Assembly: GCA_040756235.1 (NCBI GenBank)
Contig: JBFLZG010000004.1
Coordinates: 33,239 to 97,238, forward strand
Length of the DNA stretch: 64,000 bases
Reading direction: 5' to 3'
DNA from: a bacterium
GTDB taxonomy: Bacteria > Desulfobacterota > DSWW01
Shown here: positions 17,537 through 27,385 of the stretch, in pieces
How the letters are laid out: each line of letters opens with the position of its first letter
Position numbering within the stretch: position 1 is the first letter of the stretch
Notes under the pieces: generated by a model
What the model saw: the letters and a program-made list of their open reading frames with translations, nothing else
Told to the model about the DNA's origin: nothing
The model's database searches: none
Made by a program: the position numbers and the translations under genes

Positions 17537-18577
17537 TCAGCCCCGGTCAAGCTCGGCGCGGATGAGCTCGATGGCCTCTTCCTGCCTTTCATTTTCCTCC
17601 AGCATGGCAACGAACTTCGTCAGGATGAGCTCCCGCTCGTAGAGGTCGTCCATGGCGAGGTCGAGGGCCCTGCGAAAGAGCCGCTCCGCAGGACCGATCT
17701 CCTCCATCTTCCAGAAAACCTCGGCAGCCTTGGCCACCATGCGGGGATCGTCCGGGGAGCGTGAGGAGGCCTCCTGGATGATCTCCAGCGCCGATTTCCG
17801 CTTCCCCATCTGAGTGAGAAGCAAGGCTTTCTCGCACTGGAAGTACAGGGGCTCGCAGCGCTGAGCAAAGAAATCACACAGCTGGACGGCTTCTTCCGTG
17901 TACCCTCTCTTGAAGAAATCCTGAGGAAGGGAGAGAAGCCAGTCCGCCAGCAGCATTCCCGTGGCTTCCTCCAGCAGGGGCCATCGGTCTTCACCCTTTT
18001 CCTGCATGACCTTGTAGATGGACTCCACGAGGGTCTTGGCTTCCTGGACTTCCTTGGGGGTGCGAGGCTTGGACACAGAGGGATCATACGAGAAAAGAAC
18101 CGGTTTGAGACCCTGCACCAGTGACTTCAACGAAGGCGGCAAGGCGTCCTCGAGCGGCGGTGCAGGAAGCGGCAACTCCCCTTCCGCTTCCAGGAGCAAA
18201 GGATAGGACCTTCCGGGCTCCGCCCTTCTCTCTTCCATCCATTCAACCTCGAACCAGTTCTCCTTCTCGAAATTGAGCAAGTACAGAAAGGGCCGGCTCC
18301 TGTTGATGGCCAGCTTCCCCAGAAGCGCCTTCTTCGCCTTTCGCGGCGAGCCCGCCTGAGGCCCGCCGTACTCCGATTCGGGGTCCCAATGCCTGCCGCT
18401 CAAGTAGAAAGCGTAGAGATTCTTGCCCCTGAGAGAAAAGGCGTGCTGAATGGCGAGGTGGAGGTGGTGAAGGCTCTGCTTCTCCGAGATCTCCAGGGTC
18501 CTCGCCACTCGCGGCATGCCCTCCGGTGTGACGCGAAAGACAAAGGTGCGCTCGGGCTCCTTCTGTGGTTTCTTCAT
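17537..18577 (-). CDS. pRiA4b ORF-3-like domain plus TPR-like repeats
   Basis: RTLEI...SLHHLHLAIQHAF...LYAF N-terminus; helical TPR-like C-terminus. Confidence 0.6.
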   Translation of the reverse strand: MKKPQKEPERTFVFRVTPEGMPRVARTLEISEKQSLHHLHLAIQHAFSLRGKNLYAFYLSGRHWDPESEYGGPQAGSPRKAKKALLGKLAINRSRPFLYLLNFEKENWFEVEWMEERRAEPGRSYPLLLEAEGELPLPAPPLEDALPPSLKSLVQGLKPVLFSYDPSVSKPRTPKEVQEAKTLVESIYKVMQEKGEDRWPLLEEATGMLLADWLLSLPQDFFKRGYTEEAVQLCDFFAQRCEPLYFQCEKALLLTQMGKRKSALEIIQEASSRSPDDPRMVAKAAEVFWKMEEIGPAERLFRRALDLAMDDLYERELILTKFVAMLEENERQEEAIELIRAELDRG

Positions 18578-18633
18578 ATCACATAGCCTTTTCTGGCAGC
18601 CTGTTCAAAACCGCCCCACCTGCGCCAGGCCTG

Positions 18634-19569
18634 CTAGGGGCCGACGCCCTTTAGATATTTGAAAAGATCGCTTTCGGTTCCGAGGATCAGCTCGATTTCC
18701 TTGTCCGGAAGGTTCTTGTAGAGGTCGAGCGTCTTCACGAAGGAATAGAACTGCGGGTCCATGCCATAGGACTCGGCATAGATGCGGGTGGCTTCCGCGT
18801 CGGCCCTGCCCTGGATCTCCTCGCTTGCCCGGTACGCCTCGGAGCCGATGGTCTTGAGCTCGCGGTGCATCCGGCCCTCGATCTTCTGGCTTTCCCCTTT
18901 CCCCTCGGAGCGGTACTTCTCAGCGATCTGATGGCGCTCGGCAATCATGCGCTCGAACACCTTCTTCTGCACGTCCTGGATGTACATGATCCGCTTCATG
19001 CGCACGTCCACGAGATCGATGCCGACCGAAGCCAGCTTGGGTCGGGCCTGCTCCATGATCAGGCGCATGAGCTTTCCTCTGCCCAAGGAGGCACTCGCCG
19101 TGTAGGGGACGCTCCCTTCGCGCAACTCCGTGGAGACGATCTCCATGGTGCGGTTCGAGTCCCTCACCGATTCGATGAGGGCGTTGGACTGGATGAGATT
19201 GCGGACGGCCGCGTTGATGATGCTGTCCAACTGTGCCTGAGCGCGCGTCTCATCCGTCACGTTTTGGAGAAACTTCAGCGGGTCCGCGATCCGCCACCTG
19301 GCGAAGATATCCACCCAGATGAACGTCTTGTCCAGGGTGGGGATCTGGCTCGGGTCTCCGTCCCACTCGAGGATGTTCTTCTTGAAATAGTTCGCCTTCT
19401 GGACCAACGGCAGCTTGACGTGCAGGCCCGATGCCGTGACGGGGGCTCCGACCGGGTTGCCGAACTGCGTGATGACGACCTGCTCGGTCTCGTCGACAGT
19501 GTAGAAAGCGTTGGTCGCGATGACCAGGATGACGAGGGCCAGTATGCCGAAGGGAAGCGTGAGCTTCAT
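18634..19569 (-). CDS. hflC: FtsH protease modulator HflC
   Basis: YTVDETEQVVITQFG, RMIAER, DPQFYSF; downstream of hflK. Confidence 0.95.
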   Translation of the reverse strand: MKLTLPFGILALVILVIATNAFYTVDETEQVVITQFGNPVGAPVTASGLHVKLPLVQKANYFKKNILEWDGDPSQIPTLDKTFIWVDIFARWRIADPLKFLQNVTDETRAQAQLDSIINAAVRNLIQSNALIESVRDSNRTMEIVSTELREGSVPYTASASLGRGKLMRLIMEQARPKLASVGIDLVDVRMKRIMYIQDVQKKVFERMIAERHQIAEKYRSEGKGESQKIEGRMHRELKTIGSEAYRASEEIQGRADAEATRIYAESYGMDPQFYSFVKTLDLYKNLPDKEIELILGTESDLFKYLKGVGP

Positions 19570-20624
19570 CGGGCGTCTCCTTTCGTCCCGGCGTCTCCGG
19601 CAGGTCCGAGATTCAGCAAGGGCAGGAGGGATCTCTGCTCGGCATCGATCACGTACTTCTTGCCGAGGCGCGGCAGCATGGACTGCATGGCCTCCAGATA
19701 GAGCCTGCGCTGGGTCACCTCCTTGGACTTGACATATTCCTGGTAGAGAGCCAGGAACCGCGCGGCGTCCCCCTGTGCGCTGTTCACGCGGTCCACGGCG
19801 TACCCTTCGGCTTCCTGGATCCTCTTTTCCGCTTTGCCGCGCGCCTCGGGAATGACCTTGTTGTAGGCGCCCTGCGCCTCGTAGATGAGCTTTTCTTTCT
19901 CCTGGACGGCGGCATTCACCTCGTTGAAGGAAGGCTGGACCGGCTCCGGCACGTTCGTCCTGCCCAGCTCGATGGTGGTAATGGTGAGACCGCTTTCCGT
20001 CTGGTCCAGGGCCGCCTGGAGCTCGGTCTGGGCCAGGGCGGCGATTTCCTCGCGTTTATTGAGGACTTCGTCCAGACTGTGGTCGCCCACGACCGTTCGC
20101 ATGGTCGCCTCGGACAGGTTGCGGAGCGTCTCCCGGATGTTTCGCACGCGAAACAGAAAACGGATCGGGTCTCCGATCCGGAAGCGAACCATCCAGGGGA
20201 CGAGCGCGCAGTTGAGGTCTCCGGTCAGCATGAGGGACTCGTTCTCGTACTGCCTCTCGGGCGCGTACTCGGAGCGGATGCCGGACCGCAGCGTTCTCAT
20301 GCCGAACTCTTCCGTATAGACCCTCTGGACACCTACTTTGGTCACCTTTTCGATGCCGGATGGGAGCTTCCATCTCAGCCCGGGGCCCGAGGTCCGGTTG
20401 TACCGGCCGAACCGCTGCACCACGCCGACTTCGAAAGGATCCACCTGGTAGATCCCCGTGGCGAGCCACAGGGCCAGGGCCAGCAGCAGGAGCGCCCAGA
20501 CAACCGGGAATCGTCCGGCTCCGAAGATCCTCCGGAAGCGCTCTTGCGCTTTCTGCAGGAGCTCGTCGATGTCAGGCGGACGGTTATCCCTGCCCCACGG
20601 CCCCTTGCGAAATTCGGAGCTCAT
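19566..20624 (-). CDS. hflK: FtsH protease modulator HflK
   Basis: PPDIDEL, GVVQRFG, MLTGD, VIPEARG, RLYLEAM. Confidence 0.95.
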   Translation of the reverse strand: MSSEFRKGPWGRDNRPPDIDELLQKAQERFRRIFGAGRFPVVWALLLLALALWLATGIYQVDPFEVGVVQRFGRYNRTSGPGLRWKLPSGIEKVTKVGVQRVYTEEFGMRTLRSGIRSEYAPERQYENESLMLTGDLNCALVPWMVRFRIGDPIRFLFRVRNIRETLRNLSEATMRTVVGDHSLDEVLNKREEIAALAQTELQAALDQTESGLTITTIELGRTNVPEPVQPSFNEVNAAVQEKEKLIYEAQGAYNKVIPEARGKAEKRIQEAEGYAVDRVNSAQGDAARFLALYQEYVKSKEVTQRRLYLEAMQSMLPRLGKKYVIDAEQRSLLPLLNLGPAGDAGTKGDAR

Positions 20625-20756
20625 CTCTTCTCCTTGCTTGGACGGTCAAGCGACAGGGGGGAGCTGCAGGAGCACAGGCTTCTCCACCTGTTCCATTCGA
20701 CACCTGCCTGTTTCGATTCTGCTCGCGCTTGGTTCGAGAGCAGCAACCTAACACGG

Positions 20757-22091
20757 CTACCGATCGGTTTCAATGGCGGACGCGCCGGCCTGCGATGGAC
20801 CTCGTGCTGCTGAAATCCGGGGCACTTTGAGGAAGAGGAATCCGTAGAGCGCCGCCGTCAAGAGGATCGCGGAGCAGGAATAGAACACGAAGTCGATCCC
20901 CATGGACTTGTAGATCGCGCCGGAGACGATGGGGCCGGCGGCAAATCCGGCGCCCGTGGCCACTTGAAGGAAGGAGAGGATCTTGCCCATGCCCAGATGT
21001 CTGCCCAAGGTGACCGCCACGGCCTGGCTCGACGGAAACACCAGGGCCATGCCGAGCCCCATGAGGATGTTCAGGAACAGGAGACCTCGGAATCCGGAAA
21101 CGGACGGCATGACGGCAAACATCAAGCTCGACAGGAAGGTGCCTCCCAGCAGGATCGCCTTGCGGTCGAAGCGGTCCGCGAGCAGACCCGAGGGGAGTTG
21201 CAGGACGGCAGCGAGCAGCAGGTTCGTCGTCAGCACGGCTCCGAGAAGGGTCGCCGAGATGCCGAGCTTTTCCTGTGCCAGCAAAGGCAGGAAGCACATG
21301 ATGGAGCTGCGCCCGAGGGCGCTGACGAGAGTGAAGACGAGCAGCGGCGCCACCTCGGGGGACCTGAGAGGCCCGAACGGATCCATCCTCCCGGGTTCTG
21401 GAACAGCCCTGGAGACATGGAGATTCGGCAGGAACAGGGCCGTCAGCAGGAAGGAGAGCAGGGCGAACAGCCCCAGGGTGAGAAAGCATCCGGGCATTCC
21501 GAACCGGTCGTAGAGAAATCCTCCGAGGGCCGGGCCCATGGCAAAGCCGGCGAAGAAACTGACGAGGAACAGGGCGCCGTAGAAGCCCTCACGGTCCCGT
21601 GGCGCGAGGTCGCCCACGTAGGCGTTGGCGGCCGGGATGACCAGCGCTGCGGCAACGCCGTGGAGCGCCCGCACGACGATCAAGCCATGCAGGCTATGTG
21701 CCTTGATGTAAGCCACGGATACCATACAATAGACGATCAGCCCGAAAAGCATGAAGACCTTGCGCCCGGAGCGGTCGGAAAGCATGCCCGTGAAAGGGGT
21801 GCACACCGTCCTGGAGGCGGAAAAGACCGCGAAGATGGCCCCCAGGAGAATGCCGTCGGCTCCCAGGGACCTCGCGTACATGGGCAGCAGCGGAGCAATG
21901 ATGCCGACCCCGAGCATGACGGTGAAGACGGAGATCAGCACGGCTGCGAGCAGCCGCCTGGGATGGTCTGCGGCACGGAGGGAGACACCGGACCCGGAGT
22001 CGGGGGCTTCCTTCGCCCCCCGGCGCAAAGCCTGAGAGCCGGCGGCGGACAGCGGTCCGCTCTTTTCTCCTGAAGGTGACGACATGGACAT
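20757..22091 (-). CDS. MFS transporter (DHA1-like)
   Basis: About 12 TM segments, GMLSDRSGRK and GLLADRFDRK motif A. Start uncertain. Confidence 0.88.
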   Translation of the reverse strand: MSMSSPSGEKSGPLSAAGSQALRRGAKEAPDSGSGVSLRAADHPRRLLAAVLISVFTVMLGVGIIAPLLPMYARSLGADGILLGAIFAVFSASRTVCTPFTGMLSDRSGRKVFMLFGLIVYCMVSVAYIKAHSLHGLIVVRALHGVAAALVIPAANAYVGDLAPRDREGFYGALFLVSFFAGFAMGPALGGFLYDRFGMPGCFLTLGLFALLSFLLTALFLPNLHVSRAVPEPGRMDPFGPLRSPEVAPLLVFTLVSALGRSSIMCFLPLLAQEKLGISATLLGAVLTTNLLLAAVLQLPSGLLADRFDRKAILLGGTFLSSLMFAVMPSVSGFRGLLFLNILMGLGMALVFPSSQAVAVTLGRHLGMGKILSFLQVATGAGFAAGPIVSGAIYKSMGIDFVFYSCSAILLTAALYGFLFLKVPRISAARGPSQAGASAIETDR

Positions 22092-22195
22092 CCTGATCGT
22101 GAAAGAGCGCGCCTGCTTCCGCATCGCTGTAAGGAAACGCCCGGGCGAAAAGTCACTATAGCCCACGGTCCCTTTGAAAAACAGTGCCGGGGAGA

Positions 22196-22313
22196 AGGTG
22201 TCGGGTCTCAGGTGTCAGGTGCCAGGCCCCGCCGCCCACCCCGGCCGGACGATCCTTGTCCTTAGGCGGACCCGGGTTGGGCCCTGAAACCTGATCGCCG
22301 AAACCCGACACCT
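22196..22313. repeat. Inverted pair of heptamer tandem arrays (AGGTGTC-type)
   Basis: AGGTGTC GGGTCTC AGGTGTC AGGTGCC ... CCTGAAA CCTGATC GCCGAAA CCCGACA CCT. Confidence 0.75.
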
Positions 22314-22326
22314 ACGAGGCCCCGAC

Positions 22327-23091
22327 ATGGGATCCTTTGCCGACCAGGTGGTGTGGATCACCGGGGCCTCGAGCGGCATCGGCCGCGCCCTGGCTCTGGA
22401 GTTGGGCCGTCGCAGGGCGAAGCTGGCGCTTTTCGCCCGCAGGCAGGCGGCCCTCGAGGAGGTCGCCTGTCAGGCCGGTGCGGCGGGAGCCCTTGACGTG
22501 ATGGTTCTGGCCGGCGACGTAAAGGACGGCGAGGCCCTGGACGGATCGGTCCGGAGTGTGGTGGCAAGATGGGGGAGAGTGGACGTCGGGATCCTGTCGG
22601 CGGGGGTCGGGAAGCCGGCCAACCTCCACCGATATGATGTCGAGCAGATGCGGCACACCATCGAGACCAATCTTCTGGGCGTCGTCCATGCAGCAGGCGC
22701 CCTACTGCCGGTCTTCCGCGGCCAGGGCAGGGGCACCCTCGTCGGGGTCTCCAGCCTCGCGGACCGCAGGGGCTCGCCGGCCAATCTCGCCTACTGTTCC
22801 AGCAAGGCGGCGGTCTCGACCTTTCTCGAAGGCCTTCGGGCAGCTTGGGCAAGAGAGGGCATCCGGGTCGTGACCGTGAAGCCCGGCTTCGTCCGAACGC
22901 CCTTGACCGAGCTGAACCGCTTCCCCATGCCGTTCCTGGTCGCACCGGAGGATGCCGCCCGGAGGATCGTCCGGGGGATCGAGCGCGGCAAGGACGTGAT
23001 CCGTTTCCCCTTGCCCATGGTCTGGCTGACGGCGGTCTACAACCGGCTGCCCAACCGGCTGTTCGATCGGTTGTCCGGGAGAGTCAGGTAG
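22327..23091 (+). CDS. SDR family oxidoreductase
   Basis: TGASSGIG, YCSSK catalytic YxxxK, PGFVRT. Confidence 0.92.
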   Translation: MGSFADQVVWITGASSGIGRALALELGRRRAKLALFARRQAALEEVACQAGAAGALDVMVLAGDVKDGEALDGSVRSVVARWGRVDVGILSAGVGKPANLHRYDVEQMRHTIETNLLGVVHAAGALLPVFRGQGRGTLVGVSSLADRRGSPANLAYCSSKAAVSTFLEGLRAAWAREGIRVVTVKPGFVRTPLTELNRFPMPFLVAPEDAARRIVRGIERGKDVIRFPLPMVWLTAVYNRLPNRLFDRLSGRVR

Positions 23092-23148
23092 AGCTTGTTT
23101 CACCTTTGCTGCCTTGGCCCGGTTGGTATCTCAAGGCATGGCATCCCG

Positions 23149-23727
23149 ATGAAGCTCGAGAGACCTTTCAGGGTGGTCATCACCGGCGGTCCCTGCGCAG
23201 GCAAGACCGAGTTGTGGCGGCTCCTGGGAGCGCGCTTTCCGGACGCCGTCCTGGTGCCCGAGGCGGCCAGCCAGCTGATGCTCGAAGGGGACACGCCCGA
23301 GCGTGCCGGTATCGAAGCCTTTCAGGAGAGGGTCTACAGGCGCCAGTTGCTCCTGGAAACGGAAGCCCTGAGGCGCGGGCGTTTTCTGATCTGTGACCGT
23401 GGGGTGGTGGACGGGCTGGCCTACTCGCCCGGCATCCTCCAGCGCCTGGGCGTTTCCGTGGAGGCGGCGCTGAAGCGCTACGGACTGGTGCTGCAGGCTT
23501 GCGTCATCCCGGATTCCGATTCGTACAGGGCTTACAGCGGGAGCAATCCGATGCGCCGCGAGAATCACCTACAGGCTCTGGAGCTGGAGAAGGCGCTGGG
23601 GCGCATCTACGCCAGCCATCCGGCTTACCATTTCCTGTGGGGCTCGCTGGAGGCGAAATGGGCGGCTGCGGTCCAGATCGTTCTGGGGAGGAGGGGGTTG
23701 GAGAAGCCGGAGTTGGAGTTCTCCTGA
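23149..23727 (+). CDS. AAA_28/NadR-like P-loop kinase
   Basis: ITGGPCAGKT Walker A, VPEAA, CDRGVVDGLAY. Confidence 0.75.
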   Translation: MKLERPFRVVITGGPCAGKTELWRLLGARFPDAVLVPEAASQLMLEGDTPERAGIEAFQERVYRRQLLLETEALRRGRFLICDRGVVDGLAYSPGILQRLGVSVEAALKRYGLVLQACVIPDSDSYRAYSGSNPMRRENHLQALELEKALGRIYASHPAYHFLWGSLEAKWAAAVQIVLGRRGLEKPELEFS

Positions 23728-23770
23728 TTCGGGGCGGGCGTTCACCACAGACTCAAGATGGGGAGGTTAC

Positions 23771-24073
23771 ATGTCCGACCAGCAACAGGCGCCGGGGAAG
23801 AGAAAGCCTTTGGAGATCAAGGTGCCCGAGGAAGTCGCCCGAGGGGCTTATGCCAATGCCATGGCGGTGTTCCACACGCGCGAGGAATTCGTGCTGGATT
23901 TCCTGGGCGTCTTTCCTCCGGTCGGGGTCGCTGCGGCCCGCATCATCACCAGCCCGGGCCACATGAAACGGATCGTCCGGGCCCTCGAGGACAACCTGCG
24001 GCGCTACGAGGAGCATTTCGGCAAGATCGCGGAAGCGCCGCCGCCCTACACCGGTCCCATGGGCTACGCCTGA
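23771..24073 (+). CDS. DUF3467 family protein
   Basis: GAYANAM..HTREEFVLDF..ARIITSPGHMKR..YEEHFG; GGGAGG RBS. Confidence 0.8.
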   Translation: MSDQQQAPGKRKPLEIKVPEEVARGAYANAMAVFHTREEFVLDFLGVFPPVGVAAARIITSPGHMKRIVRALEDNLRRYEEHFGKIAEAPPPYTGPMGYA

Positions 24074-24470
24074 AGCCGCCATGCCCGTTCGGCGGGGACG
24101 GGTGTTCCGGCGATTTGCGGGGCGAGTCGCGGAGGCCCGTCCCGAGTCCCGAGGGCCGGTGGAACGGAGACTTGTTTCTCGGGATATCGCGCCGTCGAGG
24201 CTCGTGTGCCCCGATGACCCCGGCCCGGGACGAGGGACGAAAATGGGGACGGCCCGGAGGGCGCTGGTCGGCGACCCATGGGAGGAGAAGAGGGGCGGAG
24301 CGTTTTGAGCCCCAGGCAAATGCAGCCGGAATACCCCGCCCGGCCGAACGCGGGCAGACGCCTGACCTGCCAGCTCTATTGATTCGGCGCAAATCGCTTT
24401 GCTATGTTCCCCTGGCCTGAAAGCGCTCGGTAGACAGCCTTCAGTGCCTTGCGGAGAGGAGAGCAAGCAC

Positions 24471-25730
24471 TTGGCCGCACATCCGAAGCCGACACTCAGG
24501 GCCGGCGCAGCCAAGAGGGACATCACCCCGGCGCAGGACGGGCTCTGGCTGGCCGGTCACGGGCGGGGCAGGAGGGCAGAGGGAGTCCGGGACCCTCTCG
24601 CGGTCAGGACACTCTATCTTTCTGACGGAGCCGTGGAGCTTTCCTTGAGCTCCGTCGATCTGATCGGCCTGCGGAAGTGCCAGGTCGACGAGATCCGGAG
24701 GCGGATCGGGGACCTGGTCCCCGCGAACAACGTCCTCGTCTTCGCGACCCACACGCACAGCGCGCCGGACACGATCGGGTGTTGGGGGCCGCGTCGGCCG
24801 GGCCTCCTCCCTTTTCGCGCCGGGACAGATCCGGGCTACCTGGAGAGGGTCTTCTCGGCAGCGGTCGAGAGCATATCGGAAGCCCGCGCGAACGCGGCGC
24901 CGGCCAACGCTTCCGTGGCCTGCGCCGAAATGCCCGCCGACCTGACCCGAAATGTCAGGAGGGCGCGGTTCAAGGAAGACAACGCCCATGTCCTGCGCCT
25001 TCGGAGCGAGCAGGACAAGACCCTAGCGGTCCTCATCAACTACCCGTGCCATCCGCAGGCGCTCGGCCCGGGGAATCGGCGGATCAGCGCCGACTTCGTG
25101 GCCGACCTCCACCGCGTGGTAGAGGCCGAGACCGGCGGCATGTCGATATTTCTTCAGCAGGCCCTGGGCGGCAGGGTGACGGCGGGAGCCCAACAGACTC
25201 CTGGCAGCCGTCCGTCCCCGGATTCGACGGATGCCGCTGCCAGGAGGCTCGGAGAAGCCATCGGGACCGGCATATCGGAAGCCCTGCGGAACGGCGGCCG
25301 CGCGCTTCCTCCGGAGGCTCGGCTGCACGTCACCCGCAAGGAGCTCGAAGTCCCCTTGCGCAACCCCAGGCTGCGGGCGGCGGACGGCGTCGGCCGGGCC
25401 CCCGCGACCCGCGAAGAGCTCCGAGATCGAGCCCTGGCGACCGAAACGACCCTCATCGAGCTGGGGCCCGTGCGCATGGTGACGGTCCCGGGCGAAGCCC
25501 TCCCGGAGCTGGGGTTCCAGATCCAGGCGATCCTCAACTGCCGCTTTCCTTTCGTCCTTTGCCTGGGCTGTGACGAGCTGGGCTATATCCTTCCGCGCCG
25601 CTACGAAAACCATCCCCGGTATCGCTACGAGCGCTCCTTTTCGGTTGCCCCTGACCTGGGGGACATCCTCCTGGAGAAGATCCGCCAGATGGTCTGGAAA
25701 GACCCCATGGCGGGGGCGGCCCCTCGTTGA
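24471..25730 (+). CDS. Neutral/alkaline ceramidase-like metallo-amidohydrolase
   Basis: GAAKRDITP, DPLAVRTL, ATHTHSAPD, NYPCHP, VPGEALPE. TTG start inferred from RBS. Confidence 0.7.
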   Translation: MAAHPKPTLRAGAAKRDITPAQDGLWLAGHGRGRRAEGVRDPLAVRTLYLSDGAVELSLSSVDLIGLRKCQVDEIRRRIGDLVPANNVLVFATHTHSAPDTIGCWGPRRPGLLPFRAGTDPGYLERVFSAAVESISEARANAAPANASVACAEMPADLTRNVRRARFKEDNAHVLRLRSEQDKTLAVLINYPCHPQALGPGNRRISADFVADLHRVVEAETGGMSIFLQQALGGRVTAGAQQTPGSRPSPDSTDAAARRLGEAIGTGISEALRNGGRALPPEARLHVTRKELEVPLRNPRLRAADGVGRAPATREELRDRALATETTLIELGPVRMVTVPGEALPELGFQIQAILNCRFPFVLCLGCDELGYILPRRYENHPRYRYERSFSVAPDLGDILLEKIRQMVWKDPMAGAAPR

Positions 25731-25848
25731 GCCGGCCGAGACCGAGTCGGATTCAGGTCGAGGATCTCGTTTTTGCCCTGGGGCTTGACTAAAATGACAC
25801 AGATGGGAGTGGCTCAGGATTCTCAGAATCAGGAGGGAGACGGTCGAG

Positions 25849-27189
25849 ATGACGACGAATCCGCCGCAAAATCATTCGGTCGCAGGCGATGAGATCCGCC
25901 GGGTCGGTATCATTTTTTCCGGAGGGCCGGCGCCGGGCGCCAACGCCGTGATCAGCGCCGCAGCGGTCAGTTTCCTGGATTCCGGCCGCCAGGTGGTGGG
26001 CTTCTATCAGGGCTATCAATTCCTTCAGGACTATCACCCGGTCACGAACCGCCTGGAGCGCAACGTTCATTATCGCGAGTTCCACCTTCCCGACGTGACG
26101 GGCATCCGCACCTCTCGGGGCATTCTGATCGGCACGAGCCGTGCCAACCCGGGCAAGCCGATCCGCAAGCCCGATGACCTCGACCATCCGGAGAAGGCCC
26201 AGAAACTGCGGAACATCTACTACGCGCTGCTCGACTTGAAAATCGACGCGCTGATCTCCATCGGCGGCGACGACACCCTCAAGACGGCCAACTACTTCCA
26301 TGAATTCCAGAAGCGCTTGCCGGACAAGGCCAAGAAGGTGCGCATCGTCCATCTTCCCAAGACGATCGACAACGATTACAAAGGGATCGACTTCACGTTC
26401 GGGTACTTTACGGCTGTGGATTTCCTTGCCCGGGAGGTTCGCAACCTGCGGGAAGACGCCCGCGCGACCTGCTCGTATTTCATCGTGGAGACGATGGGCC
26501 GGAAGTCAGGATGGCTGAGCTACGGCGTCGGGATCGCGGGCGAGGCCAACATGATCTTCAGCGTCGAGGACCTCGAGGAGTCGATGATGTACGACGAGAA
26601 GTTCACGGACGCGGAGACCGGCGAGGAGAAGGTGGAGAAAAGGCTCCGGCTGGAGTGCTTTGTGGACCGGATCGTGAACCTGATGATCGCCCGGGAAAAG
26701 AAGCTGAACAAACGCTTCGGGGTGTTGGTCCTGGCCGAGGGTCTGGCCGAGAAGTTCCCGGAGACGTACATCCGGGACGTGCCCAAAGACCCGCACGGCC
26801 ACATCGGCATCGGCAAGATCGACATCGGCCGCCTGATCGCCAAGCTCGTGGCCGAGGAGTACGCGAGAAGGACGGGAATGAAAAAGAAGGTCACGGGAGT
26901 CCAGATCGGCTACGAGGGCCGGTGCAGCGAGCCGCACGCCTTTGACATCATGCTCGGCAGCCAGCTCGGTATCGGCGCCTACCGCGCCCTTGTCGAGGAG
27001 GGCTTGGACGGGCATATGGTCAGCGCATCGGGCCAGCTCGATCTTCACTACGTCCCGTTCAGCGATCTCGTCGATCCGGGAACCCTGCTCACGGACATCC
27101 GTTTCATACAGCCGGGAAGTGATTTCTACCGCATGGCGCGCTTCCTGGAGCCCAGGGCCGAGCTCGTGGAGGACCAGGAGATCGATTAG
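25849..27189 (+). CDS. pfp: Phosphofructokinase, probably PPi-dependent
   Basis: SGGPAPG, IGGDDT, PKTIDND, MGRKSG. Confidence 0.85.
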   Translation: MTTNPPQNHSVAGDEIRRVGIIFSGGPAPGANAVISAAAVSFLDSGRQVVGFYQGYQFLQDYHPVTNRLERNVHYREFHLPDVTGIRTSRGILIGTSRANPGKPIRKPDDLDHPEKAQKLRNIYYALLDLKIDALISIGGDDTLKTANYFHEFQKRLPDKAKKVRIVHLPKTIDNDYKGIDFTFGYFTAVDFLAREVRNLREDARATCSYFIVETMGRKSGWLSYGVGIAGEANMIFSVEDLEESMMYDEKFTDAETGEEKVEKRLRLECFVDRIVNLMIAREKKLNKRFGVLVLAEGLAEKFPETYIRDVPKDPHGHIGIGKIDIGRLIAKLVAEEYARRTGMKKKVTGVQIGYEGRCSEPHAFDIMLGSQLGIGAYRALVEEGLDGHMVSASGQLDLHYVPFSDLVDPGTLLTDIRFIQPGSDFYRMARFLEPRAELVEDQEID

Positions 27190-27315
27190 GAGGCTGTCCA
27201 TAGACGCCCACCTGCTGCGTTGCGCTCATCCCTCGTCATTGCGGCGTACTTCCTTGTACGCCTCATTCCTCGGGATCTCGCGCGCCTTGTATCTGGGCAT
27301 TTCTGAACAGCCTCC
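27189..27315 (+). mobile_element. 127-bp family A element, full copy
   Basis: GGAGGCTGT...ACAGCCTCC termini; begins on the G of the pfp TAG. Confidence 0.85.
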
Positions 27316-27385
27316 GGCAGGGAACTCTGTGAGAGGGGCCTACGGACCCAGGGCTCTGCATGAGGTCCGTCCCTTTCGCCAGCCT

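Noticed and set aside
18588..18604. Family A right-end remnant (TTTCTGGCAGCCTG)
   Set aside because: Match too short to distinguish from chance.
24074..24470. Small gene or structured RNA in a 400-bp gap
   Set aside because: Only low-complexity ORFs and weak GGGGAC-like echoes; nothing I can support.
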